DNA of 64,000 nucleotides from Solirubrobacterales bacterium (GCA_036375215.1 DASUSH010000094.1:1314-65313); one strand, 5' to 3'; numbered from the stretch's first letter, positions 1-9,996 are shown. The notes: generated by a model not told the origin, from the sequence alone. Numbers and translations are program-made.

Positions 1-478
1 CGTCGACTGGGAGGCGGCGGCGAAGGAGGCCGAGGGCGACCTCAGGCTGGTGATCTTGCGCACGGGTCTCGTCCTCACGCAGCGCGGCGGGCTGCTCAAG
101 GAGCTCCTCACGCCGTTCAAGCTCGGCGTCGGCGGCCCGCTCGCCGGCGGCGGTCAGTACTGGCCCTGGATCTCGCTCGACGACGAGGTCGGTCTGATCC
201 TCTGGGCGCTCGACGACGAGCGGGTCAGCGGCACGCTCAATGCGACCGGTCCGGCGCCGGTGACGAACCGCGAATTCTCGAAGGCGCTCGGCCGCGCCCT
301 CGGCAGGCCGGCGATCGTGCCGGCACCGAAGCTCGCCCTCGTCGCGCGCTTCGGGGCCGAGGCGGCCGAGTCCCTCGCCGGCGGCCAGCGCGCCGTCCCG
401 CGCCGCGCGCTCGACCTCGGCTACGAGTTCCGCCACCCCGACGTCGACAGCGCGATCAAGGCGGCCCTGGCCGACTGA
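1..478 (+). CDS. Epimerase-family protein (YfcH/TIGR01777-like, DUF1731 C-terminal region); 5' end outside window
   Basis: Frame of ORF 50..478 is open to the window edge. The translation (GQYWPWISLDDEVGLILWAL, VTNREFSKALGRALGRPA, RRALDLGYEFRHPD) looks like the C-terminal part of SDR-like YfcH epimerases. TGA at 476-478. Confidence 0.8.
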   Translation, partial: VDWEAAAKEAEGDLRLVILRTGLVLTQRGGLLKELLTPFKLGVGGPLAGGGQYWPWISLDDEVGLILWALDDERVSGTLNATGPAPVTNREFSKALGRALGRPAIVPAPKLALVARFGAEAAESLAGGQRAVPRRALDLGYEFRHPDVDSAIKAALAD

Positions 479-573
479 CCTGCCACCCGAGGGGTCTGAC
501 CCCGAAGGGTCAGGTCGACCTGCCACCTGAGGGGTCTGACCCCGAGGGGTCAGGTCGACCTGCCACCTCGGGG
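479..573. repeat. Tandem 40-bp structured repeat (2 full units plus a 15-bp partial unit) filling a convergent intergenic gap
   Basis: Units 479-518 and 519-558 read CCTGCCACC[C/T]GAGGGGTCTGACCCCGA[A/G]GGGTCAGGTCGA. Each has an inner hairpin CTGACCC-N4-GGGTCAG. An outer stem GTCGACCTG (514-522) pairs with CAGGTCGAC (551-559). A 27-nt core is the exact reverse complement of a sequence at 32741-32767. Confidence 0.85.
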
Positions 574-1674
574 CTAAGGGGCGCGGAGGGCGGAATCGAA
601 GCGCGGCTCACCGTCCTCGACCCGGTACCCCGCGATCGCGTCGAGGGTGGTGTCGCCCGCCTCGTCGATCGAGTATGTCCCGAGCACCGAGTCGCGGTCG
701 GAGGTGGCGAAGAACTCGTCGATCACCGCGGTGCGGTCGCGCGGGTCCTCGGCGCGCTCGATCGAGTCGAGCACGATCGCCATCGCCTCGTAGCCGTAGG
801 CGGCGTAGCGATCGGGCGGCTCGCCGAAGGCCTCCTCGTAGGCGCGGGCGAAGTCCCGACCGGCGGGCGGGAGCTGCTCGGGCGCCTGCGCGGATGAGGT
901 GAGGTAGCCCGCCTGAGCGGTGTCGAAGAGGGCGTCGGTGCCCATCGAATCGGCGCCCGGCTCGGACGTGGAGCCGGACTCCCCGGCAAGGTAGGTGAGC
1001 TCTCCCCCGGACTCGATCGCGATGCCGAGCGCCTCCGCCTCCTCGGTGAACTCGTCCCCGACGACCTCGCCGAAATCGCTGCGGTCGGTCTCGACGGTCG
1101 CGCTCGCGAACCCGAGCTCGTCCGCCCACGCCGCGCCGGCGCCCGCCTGCTTCTCGTCGTCGGGGATGACGCGGCCGAAGGTGCGCTCGCCGGTCGGCTG
1201 GGTGAGCTGGGGCACGGCGTCGGAGGCCGAGGACTCGCGGGTGAGGTCGACGGCGGTCGAGGCCGCCGAGACCTGGAGCATCTGCGCCTGGTTCGTGATC
1301 GGGAGCGAGATCCGGGTGGCGCCCGACTCGAGGTCGCCGATGTAGGCGATCGCGGTCGAGTCCTGGGCGGCGCGGCGGGCGTTGTCGGCGACGACGACCG
1401 GGTCCCAGCGCGCCCGCGCGCCCTCGCCGGCGGTGTCGTCCATGTAGACGGGCTCGACGTCGACGCCACCGGCCTCCCCGCCCGCGTCCTCGAGCGCGAG
1501 CTTGGCGCCGTTCACGATCGCCCGCCCCTCTTCCCCGCTCTCGCCGCGCAGGGGCGCGCCGACGTAGACGGTCAGGGTGGCGTCATCGGGCGCCTGGTCG
1601 TCGTAATCGCCCGATGAGCACCCGGCGAACGCGAAGACGACCAGCGCGACCGCGGCTGTCGCGGGCACACGCAT
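574..1674 (-). CDS. ABC-transporter substrate-binding lipoprotein (type I periplasmic-binding fold, Leu/Ile/Val-binding-like)
   Basis: 366-aa ORF. The N-terminal signal has a lipobox (VVFAFAGCSSG). The body resembles Peripla_BP_6/LivK-type binding proteins. No permease or ATPase genes are adjacent. Confidence 0.6.
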   Translation of the reverse strand: MRVPATAAVALVVFAFAGCSSGDYDDQAPDDATLTVYVGAPLRGESGEEGRAIVNGAKLALEDAGGEAGGVDVEPVYMDDTAGEGARARWDPVVVADNARRAAQDSTAIAYIGDLESGATRISLPITNQAQMLQVSAASTAVDLTRESSASDAVPQLTQPTGERTFGRVIPDDEKQAGAGAAWADELGFASATVETDRSDFGEVVGDEFTEEAEALGIAIESGGELTYLAGESGSTSEPGADSMGTDALFDTAQAGYLTSSAQAPEQLPPAGRDFARAYEEAFGEPPDRYAAYGYEAMAIVLDSIERAEDPRDRTAVIDEFFATSDRDSVLGTYSIDEAGDTTLDAIAGYRVEDGEPRFDSALRAP

Positions 1675-1703
1675 CAGGCGCGCGATTCTATGCTCCGCCC
1701 CCG

Positions 1704-2468
1704 GTGGCCGAGTACGTCTACGACCAGGACTGGAAGGACGAGCGCGAGCGCCTCGCGGGGATGGAGCGGCTCTGGGACCCCGGGACGCGCGACCTCCTCG
1801 CGCGGCTCGGCGTCGGCGAGGGCTGGCGCTGCCTCGAGGTCGGGGCCGGCGGCGGCTCGGTCAGCCAGTGGCTCGCGGAGCGGGTCGGCACGGGCGGCCA
1901 CGTGGTCGCCGCGGACGTCTCGCTGCGCTTCCTCACGCCGATCGAGGGCGGCAACCTCGAGGCCCGCGAGCTCGACATCCTCGGCGACGACCTCCCCGAG
2001 GGCGAGTTCGACCTCGTCTACTCGCGGCTCGTCGCCGAGCACCTCGGCACCGAGGCGGTGCGGGCGATGGCGCGATGCGTGAAGCCCGGCGGCCTGCTGG
2101 TCCTCGAGGACTACGACTGGAGCGTCGACCTGCGCGACGACTTCTTCCAGCGCGTCCAGGACGCTGTGCTCGGCTTCATGGAGCAGGCCGGTTTCGATCC
2201 CTACTTCGGCCGCCGGCTGATCGCGGAGATGGCGAGCGCCGGGATCGAGGCGGTCGCGGCCGACGGCCGGGTGCGCGTCGTCCGCGGCGGCACGCCCGAG
2301 ACGGCGTTCTTCAGGCTCAGCCTGGTCTCGCTCGAGGACGCGCTGCTCGAGGCCGGGGCGATCGCCGCGGGCGAGGCCGAGGCGGCGCTCGCCCGGTTCG
2401 ACGACCCGGCCGAGGTGATGCTCTCCCCGGTGATGGTCGCGGCGTGGGGCCGGCGGCCGGACCGGTGA
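1704..2468 (+). CDS. Class I SAM-dependent methyltransferase
   Basis: ORF 1614..2468 contains motif I (CLEVGAGGGSVSQWLAERV), an acidic loop (VVAADVS) and a post-I region (VKPGGLLVLEDY). The 1614 start overlaps the upstream gene, so an in-frame GTG at 1704 is more plausible. The start is uncertain. Confidence 0.75.
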   Translation: MAEYVYDQDWKDERERLAGMERLWDPGTRDLLARLGVGEGWRCLEVGAGGGSVSQWLAERVGTGGHVVAADVSLRFLTPIEGGNLEARELDILGDDLPEGEFDLVYSRLVAEHLGTEAVRAMARCVKPGGLLVLEDYDWSVDLRDDFFQRVQDAVLGFMEQAGFDPYFGRRLIAEMASAGIEAVAADGRVRVVRGGTPETAFFRLSLVSLEDALLEAGAIAAGEAEAALARFDDPAEVMLSPVMVAAWGRRPDR

Positions 2469-2499
2469 GCCGGGGGCGAGATCGGTAGATTCGCAACCG

Positions 2500-3528
2500 A
2501 TGCGGATCGGCGTGCTCACCGGAGGGGGCGACTGCCCCGGGCTGAACGCGGTCATCCGCGCGATCGTCCGCAAGGGGATCGACGTCTACGGGGACGAGCT
2601 GATCGGCTTCCGCGACGGCTGGCGCGGAGTCCTCGACGCCGACCACGAGGATCTCACGATCGAGTCGACGCGCGGCATCCTGCACCGCGGCGGCACGATC
2701 CTCGGCACCTCGCGGACCAACGTCTACAAGGACGAGGAGGGCCCGGCGCTGGCGGCGCAGACGTTCGCGGACCTCGAGCTCGACGGCCTGATCGCGATCG
2801 GCGGCGAGGACACGCTCGGCGCCGCCAACAAGCTCCACGCCGACGGCACCCCGGTGCTCGGGGTCCCGAAGACGATCGACAACGATCTCGGCGGCACCGA
2901 CGTCACCTTCGGCTTCGACACCGCCCTGAGCGTCGCGAGCGAGGCGATCGACCGTCTCCACACGACCGCGGAGAGCCACCATCGGATCCTCATCTGCGAG
3001 GTCATGGGGCGTCACGCGGGCTGGATCGCCCTGCATTCCGGCGTCGCCGGCGGGGCCGACGTGATCCTGATCCCCGAGCGCCCCTTCGACATCGACGAAG
3101 TCTGCGCGATGCTGCATCGCCGCAAGGCGCGTGGTCGCGGGTTCTCGATCGTGGTCGCCGCCGAGGGCGCGACCGCGAAGGAGGGCCAGTTCGCCACCGC
3201 CGATGGCGGGGTCGACGAGTTCGGCCACCCGCGGCTCGGCGGGATCGGCCACGCGCTCGAGCGCGAGATCGAGGACCGCACCGGGTACGAGACCCGCGCC
3301 ACCGTGCTCGGCCACGTCCAGCGTGGCGGCACCCCGACCGCCCGCGACCGCGTCCTCGCCACCCGCTTCGGGCTCGCAGCGATCGACGGGGCCCACGAGG
3401 GCGGCTGGGGGAAGATGGCCGCGCTGCGCGGGACCGCGATCGAGCTCGTCCCCCTCGGCGAGGCGGTCGCCACGCTCAAGACCGTCCCGCCCGAGGAGTA
3501 CGAGACGATCAGCGCGCTGTTCGGCTGA
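2500..3528 (+). CDS. pfkA: 6-phosphofructokinase (ATP- or PPi-dependent)
   Basis: 342 aa with MRIGVLTGGGDCPGLNAVIRA, IGGEDTL, PKTIDNDL and MGRHAGWIAL, which are canonical PFK-A family motifs. Confidence 0.93.
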   Translation: MRIGVLTGGGDCPGLNAVIRAIVRKGIDVYGDELIGFRDGWRGVLDADHEDLTIESTRGILHRGGTILGTSRTNVYKDEEGPALAAQTFADLELDGLIAIGGEDTLGAANKLHADGTPVLGVPKTIDNDLGGTDVTFGFDTALSVASEAIDRLHTTAESHHRILICEVMGRHAGWIALHSGVAGGADVILIPERPFDIDEVCAMLHRRKARGRGFSIVVAAEGATAKEGQFATADGGVDEFGHPRLGGIGHALEREIEDRTGYETRATVLGHVQRGGTPTARDRVLATRFGLAAIDGAHEGGWGKMAALRGTAIELVPLGEAVATLKTVPPEEYETISALFG

Positions 3529-3994
3529 CGCCCCGGCTCCGCTTGCGCTGGGCGCGGAGGAAGCTGAGGGCGGTGCGGGGGTAGGCGAGGCCCATCCGGA
3601 CCCGCTGGACCGGGCTCGTGGAGGGCCGGACGTCGAGGAACGTGTAGAGGCGGTGCTCGCGCACCCGGCCCTCGCCGTCGAAGACCCAGTACTCGATCCC
3701 GCGCGACTCGGTGTGGCCGCCGAGCGTCCCCGTCCACTCGTTGCAGATCACGTCGCCGCAGACCGAGACGATCGTCTTCGCGAGCCGGAAGTCGCGGGCG
3801 GCCATCGCCTCGAGGTAGCTCGCCCAGGCGCCGCGCACCGCGCCGGCGCCGTGGAAGCTCTCCTCGGCGCCGTCGGTGAGGGTCTGCATGAAGGCGTCCT
3901 GGGCGTAGACGCCCGCGGTCCCCTCGAGGTCGCGCTCGTTGATGCCGCGCTCGGCGGCGGCGATGAAGGCCTGCGGGTCGTCCGGGACCGGCAA
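3509..3994 (-). CDS. SnoaL-like / NTF2-fold protein
   Basis: 161 aa. The size and pattern (INERDLEGTAGVYAQDA ... WTGTLGGHTESRGIEYWVFDGEGRVREHRLY) are typical of SnoaL/ketosteroid-isomerase-like folds. It overlaps pfkA by 20 nt in convergent orientation. Confidence 0.55.
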   Translation of the reverse strand: MPVPDDPQAFIAAAERGINERDLEGTAGVYAQDAFMQTLTDGAEESFHGAGAVRGAWASYLEAMAARDFRLAKTIVSVCGDVICNEWTGTLGGHTESRGIEYWVFDGEGRVREHRLYTFLDVRPSTSPVQRVRMGLAYPRTALSFLRAQRKRSRGVSRTAR

Positions 3995-4007
3995 GGGGCG
4001 CGGGAGC

Positions 4008-4202
4008 CTAGGGCTTGAGGCGTTCGACGATCGGCTCGGCCCAGCGCATCATCACGCCGGTGAAGAGGATCAGCAGGAAGATCAGGCCGGCGACGGTCCC
4101 GCCGAGCCCGAAGGAATAGGCGACGAGGTAGGCGACGAGGCCGATCGTTGTGAAGACGACGAGCTGCACGGCCGGAAACCTAGCGGACGGGAGCCATGGC
4201 AT
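4008..4202 (-). CDS. Small two-TM membrane protein (hypothetical)
   Basis: 64-aa ORF with two hydrophobic helices (VQLVVFTTIGLVAYLVAY, VAGLIFLLILFTGVMM). An alternative GTG start at 4169 would avoid overlapping trpA. Confidence 0.35.
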   Translation of the reverse strand: MPWLPSARFPAVQLVVFTTIGLVAYLVAYSFGLGGTVAGLIFLLILFTGVMMRWAEPIVERLKP

Positions 4203-4992
4203 CGCGGCAGGCCTCGAGGAAGCCCCGGGCCCGCGCCGCGGCCTCCTCCGCCCCGGAGGCCTCGCCGACCTCGCGGACGAGGCGGCTGCCGATGATGACT
4301 CCGTCGGCGATCTCCCCGACGCTCGCCGCCTGCTCGGGCGTGCCGATCCCGAAGCCGACCGCGGCGGGCACCGGCGCCTCCTCGCGCACGGTCGCGACGA
4401 GGCCGGCGAGCTCGGCCGGCAACTCCCCGCGCTCGCCGGTCACGCCGACTAGCGAGACGACGTAGACGAAGCCGCTCGCCGCCTCGCAGATCCGCGCCCG
4501 CCGCTCGGCAGAGGTCGTCGGCGCGACCAGCGGGACGAGGGCCAGCCCGGCGGCGGCGAGCGCCTCGCGGATCCCCGGCGACTCCTCGAACGAGAGGTCG
4601 GGGACGATCGCGCCGGCCGCCCCCGCCTCGGCCGCGGCCGCCGCGAACGCCTCGGGCCCGCGCGCTAGCACCATGTTCGAGTAGGCCATCAGCAGGACCG
4701 GCACGCGGCCGGCGACCGCGGCGCAGATCTCGAGCGTGGAGTCGAGGGTGGCGCCGGCGGCGAGCGCCGCCGTCGCCGCCGCGTGGATCACGGGTCCGTC
4801 GGCGAGCGGGTCCGAAAAGGGGACGCCGAGCTCGATCAGGTCGGCGCCGCCCTCGGCGTAGGCGCCGGCGACGGCGAGCGCGGCGTCGTGATCCGGGTAG
4901 CCCCCGACCATGTAGGGCATGAGCGCCGCGCGCCCCTCGTCGCGGGCGGACTCGAAGGCGGCGGCGATCCGCGCCGCGCCGGATTCAGGCAT
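4180..4992 (-). CDS. trpA: Tryptophan synthase alpha chain
   Basis: 270 aa with [27 protein letters not shown] and [10 protein letters not shown] motifs. It overlaps trpB by 8 nt. Confidence 0.95.
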   Translation of the reverse strand: MPESGAARIAAAFESARDEGRAALMPYMVGGYPDHDAALAVAGAYAEGGADLIELGVPFSDPLADGPVIHAAATAALAAGATLDSTLEICAAVAGRVPVLLMAYSNMVLARGPEAFAAAAAEAGAAGAIVPDLSFEESPGIREALAAAGLALVPLVAPTTSAERRARICEAASGFVYVVSLVGVTGERGELPAELAGLVATVREEAPVPAAVGFGIGTPEQAASVGEIADGVIIGSRLVREVGEASGAEEAAARARGFLEACRDAMAPVR

Positions 4993-6184
4993 CGGGCGGG
5001 CCAGGGCGGTCGGTGGTGCGCTCGACCACCTCGGCGAGGTCCTTGTCGCCCCGCCCGGAAAGGCACATCAGGTCGTAGCCGTCGCCCGCAGGCGGGTTCT
5101 CGAGCAGCCACGCGATCGCGTGCGAGGGCTCGAGCGCGGGCACGATCCCCTCGAGGCGGGCGAGCTCGCGGAAGGCGGCGAGCGCCCGGTCGTCGGTGAC
5201 CGCGTCGTAGCGGGCGCGGCCGGAGTCGCGGAGCTGGGCGTGCTGCGGCCCGACCCCCGGGTAGTCGAGCCCGGCCGAAACCGAGTGGGCCTCGACGATC
5301 TGGCCCTCGGGGTCGGCGAGGATCGAGGAGAGCGCGCCGTGCAGGACGCCGGTCCGCCCGGCCACGAGCGAGGCGCCGTGGCGCGAGTCGAGGCCCTCTC
5401 CTCCGGCCTCGATCCCGATCAGCTCGACGCCGGGGTCGTCGATGAAGGCCGTGAACGTCCCGATCGAGTTGGAGCCGCCGCCGACGCAGGCGATCACGCG
5501 GGCCGGGAGCGCGCCCTCGGCGGCGAGCGCCTGCTCGCGCGCCTCGTCGCCGATCACCCGCTGGAGGTCGCGGACGAGCGCGGGATAGGGCGCCGGGCCG
5601 ACCGCGGAGCCGATCACGTAGTGGGTCGTGGCGACGCTCGCCACCCAGTCGCGGATCGCGGCGCTCACCGCCTCCTTGAGGGTCCGGGCGCCGCTCTCGA
5701 CGGGCGCGACCTCGGCGCCGAGCAGCCGCATCCTCTCGACGTTGGGCGCCTGGCGGCGCATGTCCTCGGTGCCCATGTAGACGACGCATTCGAGGCCGAG
5801 CAGCGCGCAGGCGGTCGCCGTCGCGACCCCGTGCTGGCCGGCGCCCGTCTCGGCGATCACGCGGCTCTTCCCCATGCGCCTCGCGAGCAGCGCCTGGCCG
5901 ACGGCGTTGTTGATCTTGTGGGCGCCGGTGTGGGCGAGGTCCTCGCGCTTCAGGTAGACGCGGCCGCCGACGGCCTCGGAGAGCCGCTCGGCGAGGTAGA
6001 GCGGTGTCGGACGGCCGACGAAGTCGCGCAAGAGCCGGCCGAGCTCGGCGCCGAAGGCCGCGTCGGACCGCGCCTCCTCCCAGGCGGCGGTGAGCTCGTC
6101 CAGCGCCGGGATCAGCGTCTCCGGAACGTAGCGGCCCCCGTAGGGGCCGAAGCGCTCCTCGATCGCGGGGAGCACGATGCTCAC
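4985..6184 (-). CDS. trpB: Tryptophan synthase beta chain
   Basis: 399 aa with [16 protein letters not shown] (PLP lysine), ETGAGQHG and GGGSNSIG motifs. Confidence 0.97.
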   Translation of the reverse strand: MSIVLPAIEERFGPYGGRYVPETLIPALDELTAAWEEARSDAAFGAELGRLLRDFVGRPTPLYLAERLSEAVGGRVYLKREDLAHTGAHKINNAVGQALLARRMGKSRVIAETGAGQHGVATATACALLGLECVVYMGTEDMRRQAPNVERMRLLGAEVAPVESGARTLKEAVSAAIRDWVASVATTHYVIGSAVGPAPYPALVRDLQRVIGDEAREQALAAEGALPARVIACVGGGSNSIGTFTAFIDDPGVELIGIEAGGEGLDSRHGASLVAGRTGVLHGALSSILADPEGQIVEAHSVSAGLDYPGVGPQHAQLRDSGRARYDAVTDDRALAAFRELARLEGIVPALEPSHAIAWLLENPPAGDGYDLMCLSGRGDKDLAEVVERTTDRPGPPDA

Positions 6185-6822
6185 GGGGTCGCCGGGGACT
6201 CGGTGGTGGAGCGCACGGCCTCGAAGAAGGCGGCGAGCTTGCGGTGGTCCTTGCGCCCGGGCTCGGCCTCGACGCCGCTCACGACGTCCACGCCCCAGGG
6301 CTTCGCGGCGAGGATCGCCTCGCCCGCGTTCTCCGGAGTGAGCCCGCCGGCGAGGAGCGCCGGGATCTCGGAGCGCCGGCCGGCGAGCAGCTCCCAGTCG
6401 AAGCTCTCGCCGGTGCCGCCGGGCGTCTGCGGGCGGTAGGCGTCGAAGAGGTGGAAGTCGGTGCGGTACGCCTCCGCGCCGCGCACGTCGGCGCCGCTCC
6501 GGACCCGGAAGGCGCGGATCACCTTGGCGCCCGTGCGGCGCGCGACCTCGCGGCAGAACTGCGGTCCCTGGTCGCCGTGGAGCTGCACGATCGTGAGCTG
6601 CTCCTCGTCGGCGGCGCGGACGATCTCGTCCATCGTGCTGTCGACGAACACCCCGGCGATGAGGCAGCGCCGTTTCAGCGCGGCGGCGATCTCGGCCGCG
6701 ACCTCCGGCTCGACGTAGCGCGGGCTCTCCGGGTGGTGGATCAGCCCGATCGCCCAGGCGCCCATGTCGGCGGCGGCGCGCGCGTCGTCGAGGTTCGTGT
6801 TCCCGCAGATCTTGACCTTCAC
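6181..6822 (-). CDS. trpF: N-(5'-phosphoribosyl)anthranilate isomerase
   Basis: 213 aa with [14 protein letters not shown] and [10 protein letters not shown] motifs. It has a 4-nt overlap with trpB. Confidence 0.9.
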   Translation of the reverse strand: MKVKICGNTNLDDARAAADMGAWAIGLIHHPESPRYVEPEVAAEIAAALKRRCLIAGVFVDSTMDEIVRAADEEQLTIVQLHGDQGPQFCREVARRTGAKVIRAFRVRSGADVRGAEAYRTDFHLFDAYRPQTPGGTGESFDWELLAGRRSEIPALLAGGLTPENAGEAILAAKPWGVDVVSGVEAEPGRKDHRKLAAFFEAVRSTTESPATP

Positions 6823-6870
6823 GCGTCTAGCTAAGCAGACGCGCTCGGGGTTTCGGCCGGGCCCCGCAGC

Positions 6871-8076
6871 TCAGGGCGTCGCCTGCTCGGGCCGGTTGGC
6901 GAGCTCGGCGGTGACGGTCTCCTCGTCGCCGTCGCGCAGGACGGTGACCTCGAGGTCGTCGCCGGGCTCCCTCGCCTCGACCGCGGCGATCACGTCCTCC
7001 ATCGAGTCGACGGGCTCGCCCGCGACCTCGGTGATGATGTCGCCGCCGATCTGGATCGCCCCGGGGCCGATCCGGGCCTCGGCGCTGCCGGCCTCGATCC
7101 CGGCCTCGTCGGCGGGGCCGTCGGGGACGACATCCTGGACGAGCACGCCGTCGTCGACCGGGAGGTCGAGGACCTCGGTCGCCTGCGGGGTGATGTCGGC
7201 GCCGGTGAGGCCTAGGAAGGCCTGGCTCACCTCGCCGTCGTCGAGCAGGTCGTCGACGACCTCGCCGGCGGTCTCGGCGGGGACGGCGAAGCCGATGCCG
7301 ATGTTGCCCTGGCCGCCCGCGGTCGCGATCTGGGAGTTGATGCCGACGACCTCGCCCTCGGCGTCGAACAGCGGGCCGCCCGAGTTGCCGGGGTTGATCG
7401 GGGCGTCGGTCTGGATCGCGTTGGTGATCGAGAAGCCGTTCGGCGAGTCGATCGTGCGGCCGAGCGCGGAGACGATGCCCGCGGTCGCGGTGTGGTCGAG
7501 CCCGAGCGGGTTGCCGATCGCGACGACGGGGTCGCCCACCGCGAGGCCGGAGGACTTGCCGAGCGGAAGCGGGTGCAGGTCCGCCGAGTCGGCGTCGGCG
7601 TCGAGCAGGGCGAGGTCGGTCGAGGGATCGGCGCCGACCACCTTGGCGGGGACCGGGTCGCCGTCCTCTCCGATCGAGACGCGAACCTCGTCGGCGCCGT
7701 CGACGACGTGGGCGTTGGTGAGCACGTGGCCCTCCTCGTCGAGCACGAACCCGGATCCGGTCGCGGTCCGCTGCTGCGGGGGGCCGCCGAACGGGCTGAG
7801 CTCCTGCTGCGGGTCGCGGACCCCGTCGGCCTCGATGTAGACGACGCCGTCGCTGGTCCGCTCGTAGATCTGGTTGACCGGGCTCTGCCCGTCCGATTCC
7901 GTGGAGGCGGCGGGGAGCGAGGGGAGCGAGGGCGCAGCGGTGGCGTCGCCGTCGCCACCCACCCAGCCGGCCGCGAGGGCGACGAGGAAGGCGGCGCCGA
8001 CGAGGACGCCGCCGAGCAGGGCGGACACGAACGGGTGGGTGAAGGCGCGGCGCAGGAAGCTCATGCGCGGCAGCAT
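6871..8076 (-). CDS. Trypsin-like serine protease with C-terminal PDZ domain (HtrA/DegP family)
   Basis: 401 aa with an N-terminal TM anchor. Catalytic-triad contexts are TNAHVV, DLALL and GNSGGPL. A C-terminal PDZ-like segment (GVLVQDVVPDGPADEAGI) follows. Confidence 0.9.
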   Translation of the reverse strand: MLPRMSFLRRAFTHPFVSALLGGVLVGAAFLVALAAGWVGGDGDATAAPSLPSLPAASTESDGQSPVNQIYERTSDGVVYIEADGVRDPQQELSPFGGPPQQRTATGSGFVLDEEGHVLTNAHVVDGADEVRVSIGEDGDPVPAKVVGADPSTDLALLDADADSADLHPLPLGKSSGLAVGDPVVAIGNPLGLDHTATAGIVSALGRTIDSPNGFSITNAIQTDAPINPGNSGGPLFDAEGEVVGINSQIATAGGQGNIGIGFAVPAETAGEVVDDLLDDGEVSQAFLGLTGADITPQATEVLDLPVDDGVLVQDVVPDGPADEAGIEAGSAEARIGPGAIQIGGDIITEVAGEPVDSMEDVIAAVEAREPGDDLEVTVLRDGDEETVTAELANRPEQATP

Positions 8077-8135
8077 CCGGCGAAGCGGTGAACGCTCGCT
8101 AATCCGTTCCCAAAAAGTCGGTAAAGCGGGGCGCG

Positions 8136-8939
8136 CTAGAGCAGGTGCTCGCGGGTCCCTTCCTCGCCGAGCGAGAGCGCCCGCACCGCCTCCTCGGGAT
8201 CGTCGGCGCGCATCAGCCGCTCGCCGACGAGGACCGCGTCGACCCCGATCCGCTCGAGCTCCTCGAACTGCTCGCGGGTCGAGTAGCCGGACTCGGAGAC
8301 GACGGTCTTGCCGGCGGGCACGTCGGTGAGGAGCTCCGCGGTGGTCTCGAGATCGACGTTCAGCGTGCGCAGGTTGCGGTTGTTGATCCCGATCACGTCG
8401 CAGCCCATGTCGAGGGCGCGCTCGAGGTCGGGCTCGTCGTGGACCTCGACGAGGCAGTCGAGGTCGAGGCCCCGCGCCTCGTCGTGGAGCAGCCGCAGCG
8501 CCGGGTCGTCGAGGGCGGCGACGATCAGCAGGATCGCGTCGGCGCCGCCGACCGCCGCCTCGTAGAGCTGGTACGGGTCGACGATGAAGTCCTTGCGCAG
8601 GATCGGCAAGGTAGAGGCCTCGCGGGCGGCGCGGAGGTCCTCGAGCGAGCCGCCGAAGCTGCGCGGCTCGGTCAGGATCGAGAGCGCCGCGGCGCCGCCG
8701 CGCTCGTAGGCGCCGACGATATCGGCGACCTCGGCGCCGGGCCTGATCTCACCGTGCGAGGGTGAGCGCCGCTTGAACTCGGCGATCACGCTGAGGCCGG
8801 GCCGGACGAGCGCCTCGCTGAACGGGCGGTCGTCGCCGCGATCGGCGAGCTGCCCCGCGAGCTCTTCGAGCGGGACCTCGGCGCTGCGCCTCTCCACCTC
8901 CTCGCGCGCCGCCGCGACCAGGTGGTCGAGCGTGCTCAT
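8136..8939 (-). CDS. trpC: Indole-3-glycerol-phosphate synthase
   Basis: 267 aa with VIAEFKRRSPS, ILRKDFIVDPYQ, GINNRNL and SESG motifs. Confidence 0.95.
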   Translation of the reverse strand: MSTLDHLVAAAREEVERRSAEVPLEELAGQLADRGDDRPFSEALVRPGLSVIAEFKRRSPSHGEIRPGAEVADIVGAYERGGAAALSILTEPRSFGGSLEDLRAAREASTLPILRKDFIVDPYQLYEAAVGGADAILLIVAALDDPALRLLHDEARGLDLDCLVEVHDEPDLERALDMGCDVIGINNRNLRTLNVDLETTAELLTDVPAGKTVVSESGYSTREQFEELERIGVDAVLVGERLMRADDPEEAVRALSLGEEGTREHLL

Positions 8940-8949
8940 CGGGTGCAGG

Positions 8950-9996
8950 CTAGCCTCCCCCGGGCTCCCGGCCGGCGAGTTCCGCGCTGAGCGCGACGAG
9001 GCGCTCGAGGACCTCCCGGGCGGCGCCCGAGTCGATCGCCTCCTGGGCGAGCGTGACGCCGGCGCCGAGGTCGGCGGCGCCGCCGCCGACGAAGATCGCC
9101 GCGCCCGCGTTCAGGACGACGAGGTCGCGAGCGGGGCCGCGCTCGCCGGCGAAGACGGCGCGGGTCACGGCCGCGTTCTCCTCGGGCGAGCCGCCGGTGA
9201 CCTCGGTGAGCTCGGCCTGGGCGAGGCCGAGGTCCGAGGGGCCCACGAACCACTCCTCGGTGCTGCCGCCGCGGACCTCGATCACCCGCGTGCGCGAGGA
9301 GAGCGCGAGCTCGTCGATCCCGTCCTCGCCGGCGACGACGAGGGCGTGCTCGGTGTCGAGCCCGGCGAGCGCCTCGGCGATCGTCTCCTGGTAGCGGCGG
9401 TCGGAGACGCCGAGGAGCTGCCGGCGCGCGCCCGCCGGGTTCGTCAGCGGGCCGAGGAAGTTGAAGATCGTGCGCACGCCGAGCTCCTTGCGGACCGGGA
9501 CGACGTGCTTCATCGCGGCGTGATGGCGGGGCGCGAACATGAAGCCGAAGCCGATCTCATCGATGCAGCGGGCGACGCCTTCGGGACCGAGGTCGATCCG
9601 CACGCCGAGCGCCTCGAGTAGGTCGGCGGATCCCGAGCGGCTCGTGGCCGAGCGGTTGCCGTGCTTGGCGACGGCGCGCCCAGCGCCGGCGGCGACGAGC
9701 GCCGCGGTCGTCGAGACGTTGAAGGTCGAAGGCCCGCCGCCCGTACCGGCCGTGTCGACCAGGTCGCCGCGCGGCGTCTCGACGTGCGCGGCCAGGCGGC
9801 GCATCGTCCGCGCCAGCCCGATCAGCTCCGGCACGGTCTCACCCTTCGCCCGCAGGGCGACCAGGAAGGCGCCGGTCTGGACCTCGCTCGCCCGCCCCTC
9901 CATCACCTCGTCGAGGACCGCCGAGGCGTGGTCCGCGGTGAGATGCTCGCCGGCGGCGACGGCATCGATCGCGCGCGTGAGGATCTCGTTGGGCAT
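8950..9996 (-). CDS. trpD: Anthranilate phosphoribosyltransferase
   Basis: ORF 8950..10050. The conserved N-terminus begins at the ATG at 9996 (MPNEILTRAID). Motifs include DTAGTGGG, KHGNRS and HHAAMKHV. Confidence 0.93.
   Translation of the reverse strand: MPNEILTRAIDAVAAGEHLTADHASAVLDEVMEGRASEVQTGAFLVALRAKGETVPELIGLARTMRRLAAHVETPRGDLVDTAGTGGGPSTFNVSTTAALVAAGAGRAVAKHGNRSATSRSGSADLLEALGVRIDLGPEGVARCIDEIGFGFMFAPRHHAAMKHVVPVRKELGVRTIFNFLGPLTNPAGARRQLLGVSDRRYQETIAEALAGLDTEHALVVAGEDGIDELALSSRTRVIEVRGGSTEEWFVGPSDLGLAQAELTEVTGGSPEENAAVTRAVFAGERGPARDLVVLNAGAAIFVGGGAADLGAGVTLAQEAIDSGAAREVLERLVALSAELAGREPGGG

Noticed and set aside
479-573. Possible CRISPR array
   Set aside because: The 40-bp units are directly abutting with no spacers, and there are only 2.4 copies. 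No cas genes are in the window. The structure and the inverted second locus fit a REP/MITE-like element instead.
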